Source: Eledone cirrhosa (Eukaryota). From it: a DNA stretch of 64,000 bases. Below the pieces are notes generated by a model. It saw only the letters and a list, made by a program, of their open reading frames with translations. It searched no databases and had not been told where the DNA came from. Positions 51,301-64,000 of the stretch are shown here, one piece after another. Position 1 is the stretch's first letter, and every line of letters starts with the position of its first letter. The stretch covers positions 35,092,001 through 35,156,000 of the forward strand of contig OZ024757.1 of assembly GCA_964016885.1 (NCBI GenBank), read 5' to 3'. Position numbers and translations under genes: made by a program.

Positions 51301-53408
51301 CTCCCCTCTCTCTTTCTCTCCCCTCTCTCTCTTGTTTCATCCCTCACCCTCTTGTTTCATCCCCCCTCTCCCTCTTCCTCTCTCTCTTCCTCTCTCTCTC
51401 TTCTTCTCTCTCTCTTCCTTTCTCTCTCTTCCTCTCTCTCTCTTCCTCTCTCTCTCTTCCTCTCTCTCTCTTCCCCTCTCTCTCTCTCTTCCTCTCTCTC
51501 TCTTTCACACTCTATCTCCGACTCGTTTCATCACTCTCTCCCCTCTCTCCCCTCACCCTCTTGTTTCAACTCTCTCCTCGTTTCAACTCTCTCTCCTCTC
51601 GTTTCAACTCTCTCTCTCTCTCTCCTCTCGTTACAACTCTCTCTCTCTCTCCTCTCGTTTCAACTCTCTCTCTCTTTTCTCGTTTCAACTATCTCCTCTC
51701 TTGTTTCAACTCTCTCACCTCTCGTTTCAACTCTTTCTCTCTGTGTCTCCAATGTGTAATAAACCGTGACTCATATATATATACCGAAGAATGTACATAA
51801 ACACATACATACACGCATGTGTATATATATATACATACATGTGTCTCTCTCTCTCCCTATATATATGTATATATGTGTAAATATGTACATACATATTAGT
51901 GTATATATATTGCTATCTATATGCATATTTGTATAATTATACTGTATGGTGAATTGGCAGTATCGGTAGAGGGTCTGACGCCATGCTTTCCAGCATAGTT
52001 ACGTCCCTTTACGATCCGAGGTCAACTTTGCCTTTCATCCTTACGGGGTCGATAAAATAAAGTACCAGTAATGTACTGGTTAATTACTGACCTTGTGCCT
52101 AAAATAGAAACAATTATTAGTTCAAAGAGAAACCACCATCCTACCTGAAATATTATGTTATCATATTAAATATTTCTTATACTGTCATGTTTTTTCTTTA
52201 AAACAATTGCATCTCAATAAAGTGAAGAAAACTATTATATACTGTTGTTATATCATTATACTTTAGTTTTAACATTTCTATGTGTATAAATATAATGTAT
52301 GTAAGTGTGTTTGAAAATATATAATAATAATATGCATGTTTGAAGCAGGGTTCAACTGAAATATCTATACCAGTAACTTAATTAGTGTTACACCTTAGGC
52401 ATAAACTATTTGGCATTCTTTGAAGGAGGTACTAGGTTTTTCGCTGTCTTAAATGGAGTATACACGCGCACACGATGCATATATATAAATTGTTTTTCTC
52501 TGTACAAAGAGATTGACATCATTTCTTAAATCATTATTTAGGGTTTTACAACAAAACATATTGTATGTGTAATTATACAAATTGAATTTAAGTATTTATT
52601 TTAAAATTTTACATACACTTTAGTAGTATATATATATATATTCATTTGTGATGCCATGCATTGTATTGTACACTTCGACATATGGATTATATTCATGCAA
52701 CACCTCTCTTATCATAGCCATTTTTTGTGGTGAGCAGTCATTATTTGTTGGGATTAGGGCAGTGGATTGGCAGTATCGGTAGAGCGTCAGACACCATGCT
52801 TTGAAGCATAGGGTTATGGCCCTTTACGTTCTGGGTTCAAATCCCTCTAAGGTTGATTTTGTTTTCATCCTTATGAGGTCGATAGAATAAAGTACCAGTA
52901 ATTGCTGGCCTTGTGCCAGAAACAATTATTTGGTTGTACTTCCAATCTGTGCTACACACCTTCATTCCCATCAATAATATATAACTGGCCATATTGTGGT
53001 GTATTTTCTGCAGGTTACAGAGATGGGGGTGTATTGATATGTTTGACCCTGAATATGAAATCTATACGGGCCTCTGCCGGGTGGTAACACCAAATGAAGT
53101 GAAATAAATGTAGTTTTAATTGCAGATGTTTCTGTGAAATCAACTGCTTCCTGGCCTCTTTCAAAGAGATTTCTCAGTCTCTCAGGGTATATTTGCAATG
53201 GTGGCAACACTACCTTTCCTTTATTACAACAGTTACAATTTTCATTTCTAAATTTCAAAGCTCCACAGTGATCACACGAAACATTCATATCACTAATATG
53301 AAATTCTTCTACATTTCCATTAATATTAATTGTTGGCCAATTTCACTTACGACGCTCATTATCCATTCTTCTCTGTCTGAATGTTTTCCATTCTAAGTCT
53401 ATTTGCAT
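48369..53408 (-). pseudogene. Helitron RepHel pseudogene, copy D, interrupted by the satellite insertion (49968-52651) and a SINE
   Basis: ORFs 48369..48704, 48664..48924 and 52971..53288 are homologous to copy B, with the same insertion junctions. Confidence 0.93.
49968..52651. mobile_element. 2.7-kb satellite-bearing insertion in the Helitron ORF (46-bp block ~49985-50511, CT block, SINE)
   Basis: Same junctions as 20224-22841, with two more 46-bp units. Confidence 0.85.
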
Positions 53409-53512
53409 GGAATAATTATATTCTGTTGTTTATTATGTAATTAAATAGCTCTGTACAATACATAGAGCATTCTTCTTTTCTTTACCTTTTCTATGGAAAT
53501 ACAAGAACAAAC

Positions 53513-53546
<34 letters not shown>

Positions 53547-55020
53547 ACATACATAAACAAGACTGTTATTGCTCCAACCAGTCTATTTACCTTTGATAAC
53601 TATCCTAAATATAAATACACCTATACCATACATACATATATCATATATGTTTTTGATGCCGTGGTATTGCAGAGATAAGCAAGAAGAGAAAAGAAAATGA
53701 AAATGAGAAAAAAAAAGAAGTAAGAAGTCGGGGGAGGGACAGACACTTCACCCCAGTCTAAGTGGTCCCTCAGCCGCAACCTGTGGAAGAAACGTAAAAG
53801 CGTTACCTCAGAGCAAGGCCAGAGACACCTGCTACAATAGTCGCCCCTCCTCATGAGGCTCCTGTCGTCTTTCCTCCCGACTTTATGGAGGAAATCAGCA
53901 GTACAGGGACCAAGTATGGCAGAGGTCTCAATGGAGTGGAAGAGGTGAGTCAGGCCTTGGTACTATCTTACTCTCCTCTGCATTGCGGGGTGTGGAGCCT
54001 AGGTTTGTGGCTGTAGCTATATTTGAACTTTTATATGAAATTTCAGTTTTATATTTTTCACATCATAAAACTTAATCTTAGTCTTTTGCAGCTCATCTTG
54101 TTTCATCTCGCAGCACACGATTCGGGAACCACTGCTCTAGAGATAGAAAAAGTATATTTTATGCAGGGCTTCCCTGAGACATAAAAACTATTTCAAGAGA
54201 TCGACATGGGTAGAAAGGTTGAGAAATGCTGCACAATGTTCTTTGGTTTTTGTTCACCTTTAAATAATCATGTATAAAATATCGGGTGTGCAAGATTTCA
54301 TGAAAAGGTATAACATTATTTATGCTGATCTTGCAGGGACTAGCTCCAATTGAGAGTTGTACCAATTCCCACTAAACTCGAAACTCCTGGACAATATATA
54401 CATATCTTTATAAGTTCCTGTGTATTGTGTCGCTGTATAATGAAACATAAATATATACCATGCATGTCAGTCAGATTTGAACTCACTATATTTGGCGTTT
54501 TATAAATATAATTTGTTTGTTAAAACAATTGATTAAATAATAACTAAATAAAATTAATTCTACAATCCTGGATAGGGAATGAACTTATAACTGCATAATA
54601 GAAGCCATCTATTCGAGCAGTATTGCCATCTAAGCCACCAGGTTACTTACAGAACTTCATTCAAATATAAAATATAAAATATATGCCAGACATAGTGAGT
54701 TGGAATCTGACTGATTAGTTGGTCATTGTCCCAGCCAACAGTTTAAATCGCCAACCAGTAGGTGACATCGACTAGGTTGGGAAAACTTGGTTAAGTAGCT
54801 CCAGTTATTGCTACGTTAGACATATTCAAGACTTATCGACACTGAATGGAAGAAAGGTAAAGTTGAACTCAGAGTAAAGAACTGGAAAAATACTGCAAAG
54901 AATTCTATCTGATGTTCTAACAATTCTACCAAGTTACCTTATGTATATATATTTATATCTAGAGATAAGAAGAAAACTGAAAGAAAGAAAAGAAAAAAAA
55001 TGAGACCTTATATGTAACCC

Positions 55021-55644
55021 ATGTTACAACTCAATATATATATATTTGGGTTGTAACATATTTCCGCCGGTGAAATAAAAATTTTAATAGAAAAACGGCG
55101 GGAATATATGTTACAACCCAATCTATATATATTTGAGTTGTAACATATATTCCCGCCGTTGAAATAAAAATTTTAATAGAAAAACGGCGGGAATATATGT
55201 TACGACCCAACCTATATATGTTTGGGTTGTAACATATATTCCCGCCGTTTTTCTATTAAAATTTTTATTTCAACGGCGGGAATATATGTTACAACCCAAA
55301 TATATATAGATTCGGCTGTAACATATGTTCCCGCCGTTTTTCTATTAAAATGTTTATTTCAACGGCGGGAATATATGTTACAGCCCAAATATATATAGAT
55401 TGGGCTGTAACATATATTCCCGCCGTTTTTCTATTAAAATTTTTATTTCAACGGCGGGAATATATGTTACAACCCAAATATATATAGATTGGGCTGTAAC
55501 ATATATTCCCGCCGTTTTTCTATTAAAATTTTTATTTCAACGGCGGGAATATATGTTACAACCCAAATATATATAGATTGGGTTGTAACATATATTCCCG
55601 CCGTTTTTCTATTAAAATTTTTGTTTCAACGGCGGGAATATATA
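55021..55644. repeat. 89-bp palindromic-unit array (2 A + 5 B)
   Basis: Same unit and junctions. Confidence 0.95.
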
Positions 55645-57520
55645 CCCTGAGAGACTGAGAAATCTCTTTCAAAGAGATTTCTCAGTCTCTCAGGGTATAT
55701 TTGCAATGGTGGCAACACAACCTTTCCTTTATTACAACAGTTACAATTTTCATTTCTAAATTTCAAAGCTCCACAGTGATCACACGAAACATTCATATCA
55801 CTGATATGAAATCCTTCTACATTTCCATTAATATTAATTGTTGGCCAATTTCTCTTACGACGCTCATTATCCATTCTTCTCTGTCTGAATGTTTTCCAGT
55901 CTAAGTCTATTTGCATGGAATAATTATATTCTGTTGTTTATTATGTAATTAAATAGCTCTGTACAATACATAGAGCATTCTTCTTTTCTTTACCTTTTCT
56001 ATGGAAATACAAGAACAAACATATATATATATATATATATGTGTGTATATACATAAACAAGACTGTTATTGCTCCAACCAGTCTATTTACCTTTGATAAC
56101 TATCCTAAATATAAATACACCTATACCATACATACACATATCATATATGTTTTTGATGCCGTGGTATAGCAGAGATAAGCAAGAAGAGAAAAGAAAATGA
56201 AAATGAGAAAAAAGAAGAAGTAAGAAGTCGGGGGAGGGACAGACACTTCACCCCAGTCTAAGTGGTCCCTCAGCCGCAACCTGTGGAAGAAACGTAAGAG
56301 TGTTACCTCGGAGCAAGGCCAGAGACACCTGCTACAATAGTCGCCCCTCCTCATGAGGCTCCTGTCGTCTTTCCTCCCGACTTTATGGAGGAAATCAACA
56401 GTACAGGGACCAAGTATGGCAGAGGTCTCAATGGAGTGGAAGAGGTGAGTCAGGCCTTGGTACTATCTTACTATCCTCTGCATTGCGGGGTGTGGAGCCT
56501 AGGTTTGTGGCTGTAGCTATATTTGAACTTTTATATGAAATTTCAGTTTTATATTTTTCACATCTTAAAACTTAATCTTAGTCTTTTGCAGCTCATCTTG
56601 TTTCATCTCGCAGCACACGATTTGGGAACCACTGCTCTAGAGATAGAAAAAGTATATTTTATGCAGGGATTCCCTGAGACATAAAAACTATTTCAAGAGA
56701 TCGACATGGGTAGAAAGGTTGAGAAATGCTGCACAATGTTCTTTGGTTTTTGTTCACCTTTAAATAATCATGTATAAAATATCGGGTGTGCAAGATTTCA
56801 TGAAAAGGTATAACATTATTTATGCTGATCTTGCAGGGACTAGCTCCAATTGAGAGTTGTACCAATTCCCACTAAACTCGAAACTCCTGGACAATATATA
56901 CATATCTTTATAAGTTCCTGTGTATTGTGTCGTTGTATAATGAAACATAAATATATACCATGCATGTCAGTCAGATTTGAACTCACTATATTTGGCGTTT
57001 TATAGATATAATTTGTTTGTTAAAACAATTGATTAAATAATAACTAAATAAAATTAATTCTACAATCCTGGATAGGGAATGAACTTATAACTTCATAATA
57101 GAAGCCATCTATTCGAGCAGTATTGCCATCTAAGCCACCAGGTTACTTACAGAACTTCATTCAAATATAAAATATAAAATATATGCCAGACATAGTGAGT
57201 TCGAATCTGACTAATTAGTTGGTCATTGTCCCAGCCAACAGTTTAAATCGCCAACCAGTAGGTGACATCGACTAGGTTGGGAAAACTTGGTTAAGTAGCT
57301 CCAGTTATTGCTACGTTAGACATATTCAAGACTTATCGACACTGAATGGAAGAAAGGTAAAGTTGAACTCAGAGTAAAGAACTGGAAAAATACTGCAAAG
57401 AATTCTATCTGATGTTCTAACAATTCTACCAAGTTACCTTATGTATATATATTTATATCTAGAGATAAGAAGAAAACTGAAAGAAAGAAAAGAAAAAAAA
57501 TGAGACCTTATATGTAACCC

Positions 57521-58339
57521 GTGTTACAACTCAATATATATATATTTGGGTTGTAACATATTCCCGCCGGTGAAATAAAAATTTTAATAGAAAAACGGCG
57601 GGAATATATGTTACAACCCAATCTATATATATTTGAGTTGTAACATATATTCCCGCCGTTGAAATAAAAATTTTAATAGAAAAACGGCGGGAATATATGT
57701 TACAATCCAATCTACATATATTTGGGTTGTAACATATATTCCCGCCGTTGAAATAAAAATTTTAATAGAAAAACGTCGGGAATATATGTTACAACGCAAC
57801 CTATATATGTTTGGGTTGTAACATATATTCCCGCCGTTGAAATAAAATTTTAATAGAAAAACGGCGGGAATATATGTTACAACCCAACCTATATATGTTT
57901 GGGTTGTAATATATATTCCCGCCGTTTTTCTGTTAAAATTTTTATTTCAACGGCGGGAATATATGTTACAACCCAAATATATGTTACAACCCAAATATAT
58001 GTAGATTGGGTTGTAACATATATTCCCGCCGTTTTTCTATTAAAATTTTTATTTCGACGGCGGGAATATATGTTACAACCCAAATATATATAGATAGGGT
58101 TGTAACATATATTCCCGCCGTTTTTCTATTAAAATTTTTATTTCAACGGCGGGAATATATGTTACAACCCAAATATATGTAGATTGGGTTGCAACATATA
58201 TTCCCGCCGTTTTTCTATTAAAATGTTTATTTCAACGGCGGGAATATATGTTACAACCCAAATATATATAGATTGGGCTGTAACATATATTCCCGCCATT
58301 TTTCTATTAAAATTTTTATTTCAACGGCGGGAATATATA
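57521..58339. repeat. 89-bp palindromic-unit array (4 A + 5 B, with an 18-bp internal duplication)
   Basis: Same unit. ATGTTACAACCCAAATAT is doubled near 57963-57998. Confidence 0.95.
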
Positions 58340-60214
58340 CACTGAGAGACTGAGAAATCTCTTTCAAAGAGATTTCTCAGTCTCTCAGGGTATATTTGCA
58401 ATGGTGGCAACACAACCTTTCCTTTATTACAACAGTTACAATTTTCATTTCTAAATTTCAAAGCTCCACAGTGATCACACGAAACATTCATATCACTAAT
58501 ATGAAATCCTTCTACATTCCCATTAATATTAATTGTTGGCCGATTTCTCTTACGACGCTCATTATCCATTCTTCTCTGTCTGAATGTTTTCCAGTCTAAG
58601 TCTATTTGCATGGAATAATTATATTCTGTTGTTTATTATGTAATTAAATAGCTCTGTACAATACATAGAGCATTCTTCTTTTCTTTACCTTTTCTATGGA
58701 AATACAAGAACAAACATATATATATATATATATGTGTGTATATACATAAACAAGACTGTTATTGCTCCAACCAGTCTATTTACCTTTGATAACTATCCTA
58801 AATATAAATACACCTATACCATACATACACATATCATATATGTTTTTGATGCCGTGGTATAGCAGAGATAAGCAAGAAGAGAAAAGAAAATGAAAATGAG
58901 AAAAAAAAAGAAGTAAGAAGTCGGGGGGAGGGACAGACACTTCACCCCAGTCTAAGTGGTCCCTCAGCCGCAACCTGTGGAAGAAACGTAAAAGCGTTAC
59001 CTCGGAGCAAGGCCAGAGACACCTGCTACAATAGTCGCCCCTCCTCATGAGGCTCCTGTCGTCTTTCCTCCCGACTTTATGGAGGAAATCAACAGTACAG
59101 GGACCAAGTATGGCAGAGGTCTCAATGGAGTGGAAGAGGTGAGTCAGGCCTTGGTACTATCTTACTATCCTCTGCATTGCGGGGTGTGGAGCCTAGGTTT
59201 GTGGCTGTAGCTATATTTGAACTTTTATATGAAATTTCAGTTTTATATTTTTCACATCTTAAAACTTAATCTTAGTCTTTTGCAGCTCATCTTGTTTCAT
59301 CTCGCAGCACACGATTTGGGAACCACTGCTCTAGAGATAGAAAAAGTATATTTTATGCAGGGATTCCCTGAGACATAAAAACTATTTCAAGAGATCGACA
59401 TGGGTAGAAAGGTTGAGAAATGCTGCACAATGTTCTTTGGTTTTTGTTCACCTTTAAATAATCATGTATAAAATATCGGGTGTGCAAGATTTCATGAAAA
59501 GGTATAACATTATTTATGCTGATCTTGCAGGGACTAGCTCCAATTGAGAGTTGTACCAATTCCCACTAAACTCGAAACTCCTGGACAATATATACATATC
59601 TTTATAAGTTCCTGTGTATTGTGTCGTTGTATAATGAAACATAAATATATACCATGCATGTCAGTCAGATTTGAACTCACTATATTTGGCGTTTTATAGA
59701 TATAATTTGTTTGTTAAAACAATTGATTAAATAATAACTAAATAAAATTAATTCTACAATCCTGGATAGGGAATGAACTTATAACTTCATAATAGAAGCC
59801 ATCTATTCGAGCAGTATTGCCATCTAAGCCACCAGGTTACTTACAGAACTTCATTCAAATATAAAATATAAAATATATGCCAGACATAGTGAGTTCGAAT
59901 CTGACTAATTAGTTGGTCATTGTCCCAGCCAACAGTTTAAATCGCCAACCAGTAGGTGACATCGACTAGGTTGGGAAAACTTGGTTAAGTAGCTCCAGTT
60001 ATTGCTACGTTAGACATATTCAAGACTTATCGACACTGAATGGAAGAAAGGTAAAGTTGAACTCAGAGTAAAGAACTGGAAAAATACTGCAAAGAATTCT
60101 ATCTGATGTTCTAACAATTCTACCAAGTTACCTTATGTATATATATTTATATCTAGAGATAAGAAGAAAACTGAAAGAAAGAAAAGAAAAAAAATGAGAC
60201 CTTATATGTAACCC

Positions 60215-61033
60215 GTGTTACAACTCAATATATATATATTTGGGTTGTAACATATTCCCGCCGGTGAAATAAAAATTTTAATAGAAAAACGGCGGGAATA
60301 TATGTTACAACCCAATCTATATATATTTGAGTTGTAACATATATTCCCGCCGTTGAAATAAAAATTTTAATAGAAAAACGGCGGGAATATATGTTACAAT
60401 CCAATCTACATATATTTGGGTTGTAACATATATTCCCGCCGTTGAAATAAAAATTTTAATAGAAAAACGTCGGGAATATATGTTACAACGCAACCTATAT
60501 ATGTTTGGGTTGTAACATATATTCCCGCCGTTGAAATAAAATTTTAATAGAAAAACGGCGGGAATATATGTTACAACCCAACCTATATATGTTTGGGTTG
60601 TAATATATATTCCCGCCGTTTTTCTGTTAAAATTTTTATTTCAACGGCGGGAATATATGTTACAACCCAAATATATGTTACAACCCAAATATATGTAGAT
60701 TGGGTTGTAACATATATTCCCGCCGTTTTTCTATTAAAATTTTTATTTCGACGGCGGGAATATATGTTACAACCCAAATATATATAGATAGGGTTGTAAC
60801 ATATATTCCCGCCGTTTTTCTATTAAAATTTTTATTTCAACGGCGGGAATATATGTTACAACCCAAATATATGTAGATTGGGTTGCAACATATATTCCCG
60901 CCGTTTTTCTATTAAAATGTTTATTTCAACGGCGGGAATATATGTTACAACCCAAATATATATAGATTGGGCTGTAACATATATTCCCGCCATTTTTCTA
61001 TTAAAATTTTTATTTCAACGGCGGGAATATATA
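60215..61033. repeat. 89-bp palindromic-unit array (4 A + 5 B), apparently identical to 57521-58339
   Basis: Shares the private variants of the previous array. Confidence 0.95.
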
Positions 61034-63474
61034 CACTGAGAGACTGAGAAATCTCTTTCAAAGAGATTTCTCAGTCTCTCAGGGTATATTTGCAATGGTG
61101 GCAACACAACCTTTCCTTTATTACAACAGTTACAATTTTCATTTCTAAATTTCAAAGCTCCACAGTGATCACACGAAACATTCATATCACTAATATGAAA
61201 TCCTTCTACATTCCCATTAATATTAATTGTTGGCCGATTTCTCTTACGACGCTCATTATCCATTCTTCTCTGTCTGAATGTTTTCCAGTCTAAGTCTATT
61301 TGCATGGAATAATTATATTCTGTTGTTTATTATGTAATTAAATAGCTCTGTACAATACATAGAGCATTCTTCTTTTCTTTACCTTTTCTATGGAAATACA
61401 AGAACAAACATATATATATATATATATGTGTGTATATACATAAACAAGACTGTTATTGCTCCAACCAGTCTATTTACCTTTGATAACTATCCTAAATATA
61501 AATACACCTATACCATACATACACATATCATATATGTTTTTGATGCCGTGGTATAGCAGAGATAAGCAAGAAGAGAAAAGAAAATGAAAATGAGAAAAAA
61601 AAAGAAGTAAGAAGTCGGGGGGAGGGACAGACACTTCACCCCAGTCTAAGTGGTCCCTCAGCCGCAACCTGTGGAAGAAACGTAAAAGCGTTACCTCGGA
61701 GCAAGGCCAGAGACACCTGCTACAATAGTCGCCCCTCCTCATGAGGCTCCTGTCGTCTTTCCTCCCGACTTTATGGAGGAAATCAACAGTACAGGGACCA
61801 AGTATGGCAGAGGTCTCAATGGAGTGGAAGAGGTGAGTCAGGCCTTGGTACTATCTTACTATCCTCTGCATTGCGGGGTGTGGAGCCTAGGTTTGTGGCT
61901 GTAGCTATATTTGAACTTTTATATGAAATTTCAGTTTTATATTTTTCACATCTTAAAACTTCATCTTAGTCTTTTGCAGCTCATCTTGTTTCATCTCGCA
62001 GCACACGATTTGGGAACCACTGCTCTAGAGATAGAAAAAGTATATTTTATGCAGGGATTCCCTGAGACATAAAAACTATTTCAAGAGATCGACATGGGTA
62101 GAAAGGTTGAGAAATGCTGCACAATGTTCTTTGGTTTTTGTTCACCTTTAAATAATCATGTATAAAATATCGGGTGTGCAAGATTTCATGAAAAGGTATA
62201 ACATTATTTATGCTGATCTTGCAGGGACTAGCTCCAATTGAGAGTTGTACCAATTCCCACTAAACTCGAAACTCCTGGACAATATATACATATCTTTATA
62301 AGTTCCTGTGTATTGTGTCGTTGTATAATGAAACATAAATATATACCATGCATGTCAGTCAGATTTGAACTCACTATATTTGGCGTTTTATAGATATAAT
62401 TTGTTTGTTAAAACAATTGATTAAATAATAACTAAATAAAATTAATTCTACAATCCTGGATAGGGAATGAACTTATAACTTCATAATAGAAGCCATCTAT
62501 TCGAGCAGTATTGCCATCTAAGCCACCAGGTTACTTACAGAACTTCATTCAAATATAAAATATAAAATATATGCCAGACATAGTGAGTTCGAATCTGACT
62601 GATTAGTTGGTCATTGTCCCAGCCAACAGTTTAAATCGCCAACCAGTAGGTGACATCGACTAGGTTGGGAAAACTTGGTTAAGTAGCTCCAGTTATTGCT
62701 ACGTTAGACATATTCAAGACTTATCGACACCGAATGGAAGAAAGGTAAAGTTGAACTCAGAGTAAAGAACTGGAAAAATACTGCAAAGAATTCTATCTGA
62801 TGTTCTAACAATTCTACCAAATTACCTTATGTATATATATTTATATCTAGAGATAAGAAGAAAACTGAAAGAAAGAAAAAAAAAAAATGAGACCTTATAT
62901 GTAACCCATGACCAGGATTCAAACCGAAACCAGGACTACCACCATCTCTGGTATCACCCACCAGACCACCATGAAAGATACAAAAATCTGCATTTTTAAT
63001 ATTTATAAGCCTACTTTCAATATTAAAGTAATTAACATGTGGTGTTGTTCATGCCTTTCTCTATGTTATTGGTAAAAAATAAAGTATTTAAACCTCAAAT
63101 TTTGTTATTCAAATATGGTTGCTTATGTAATTATAAATGTCGCAGAGTACACACACATATATAGATGTGAAAATATTCAGGACCCCAACGGCTGTGCTAC
63201 TGCCGTTTCGACATCTATATATATATATTTTAGTCCTAGGCTCTTTCAGCGCAGAAAGAATTCTCCACTGATCACAACCAGCTAATGGTGCCCAGTGGAA
63301 GCACTTTAGTCTAATTATAACCCCAACGATCACGATTAGCGGCGGCTTTTTCGAGTCTGAGGTTGACTGCCAGATATCTATATATATCTATATATATATA
63401 TATATTTTTATACTTTGCTAGAATCCCGGAGAACAACAGAAAGATGCTGAGTTCAGAGTTTAAAAAACATGTCC

Positions 63475-64000
63475 CCTTTAATATAAAAACAATCCGAGTC
63501 TTGTAAAAGTGTTATTACTGTAATATAAAGTAGAAACCCTTTATTTAAACAAAGCTGCGATGCAGCGATCATCAAAGCAAACCCCAAAATGTAAACACAC
63601 TTCTCACAGGTGCTGCCAGATACACGATAACATGTGTATACGAAGTGTAACAGGGAGTTGGGTCGTATTATATGACTTTCAAATTGACCCCTATTATATT
63701 CAAATTATCCCCTGTGGGGCGTGCACCCCACGTTGAGAATCCCTCATAAATAAATATATGTGAGTGTGTTGCTATGACTGCTATTTCTAGCAGGTTTACT
63801 GCAGTCCTGTAGACGCACAACAAAAACCGGAAGTGGCAGCCATTAAAAAACTTTGGCTTAAAATCAGCCAAAAGATTTTCAATAATAGTAAAATTTTATT
63901 TTTGACAAGGACGATAACTTTTGTCTTACTTAATCGCAAAAATCGAGGCAAAAATTTTGAGGGTGTGCAGTTTACACGCTAAAAATAAACCTGCTAGAAA
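63475..64000 (-). repeat. Left arm of long inverted repeat variant 2 (runs off the window)
   Basis: ORF 63668..63871 is identical to 31151..31354, and the flanks are colinear with 30955-31483. Confidence 0.88.

Larger units (their letters stand above)
53156..62910 (+). repeat. Tandem ~2.5-2.7-kb sub-units (4 copies) joined by three 89-bp arrays
   Basis: Homologous ORFs at 54159/56659/59353/62047 and 55626/58321/61015. Confidence 0.95.

Overview
AT-rich eukaryotic repeat DNA with no intact protein-coding gene, rRNA, CRISPR array or functional tRNA. The tRNA-derived SINEs and abundant (TA)n/(CA)n tracts look like cephalopod (Octopus-type) DNA, which is an inference from recalled SINE sequence. 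The window is a nested tandem array. A 12-18 kb macro-unit repeats about four times, with a ~30 kb higher-order period. It is built around a dead, internally deleted Helitron RepHel gene on the minus strand. It also carries three different CRE-like (RLE endonuclease) non-LTR retrotransposon fragments, SINEs, hAT-type MITE pieces arranged as long inverted repeats, and 40-, 46- and 55-bp minisatellites. Inside it, a ~2.7 kb sub-unit is tandemly amplified. Every sub-unit junction holds an array of an 89-bp doubly palindromic unit (28-bp inverted arms resembling mariner TIRs) that switches orientation once and ends in a 61-bp snap-back hairpin copied from the Helitron ORF. Filled and empty versions of several insertions coexist, so the order of events can be read from the window. 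Almost all listed ORFs are artefacts of low-complexity repeats. Family assignments rest on recalled motifs, not database searches.
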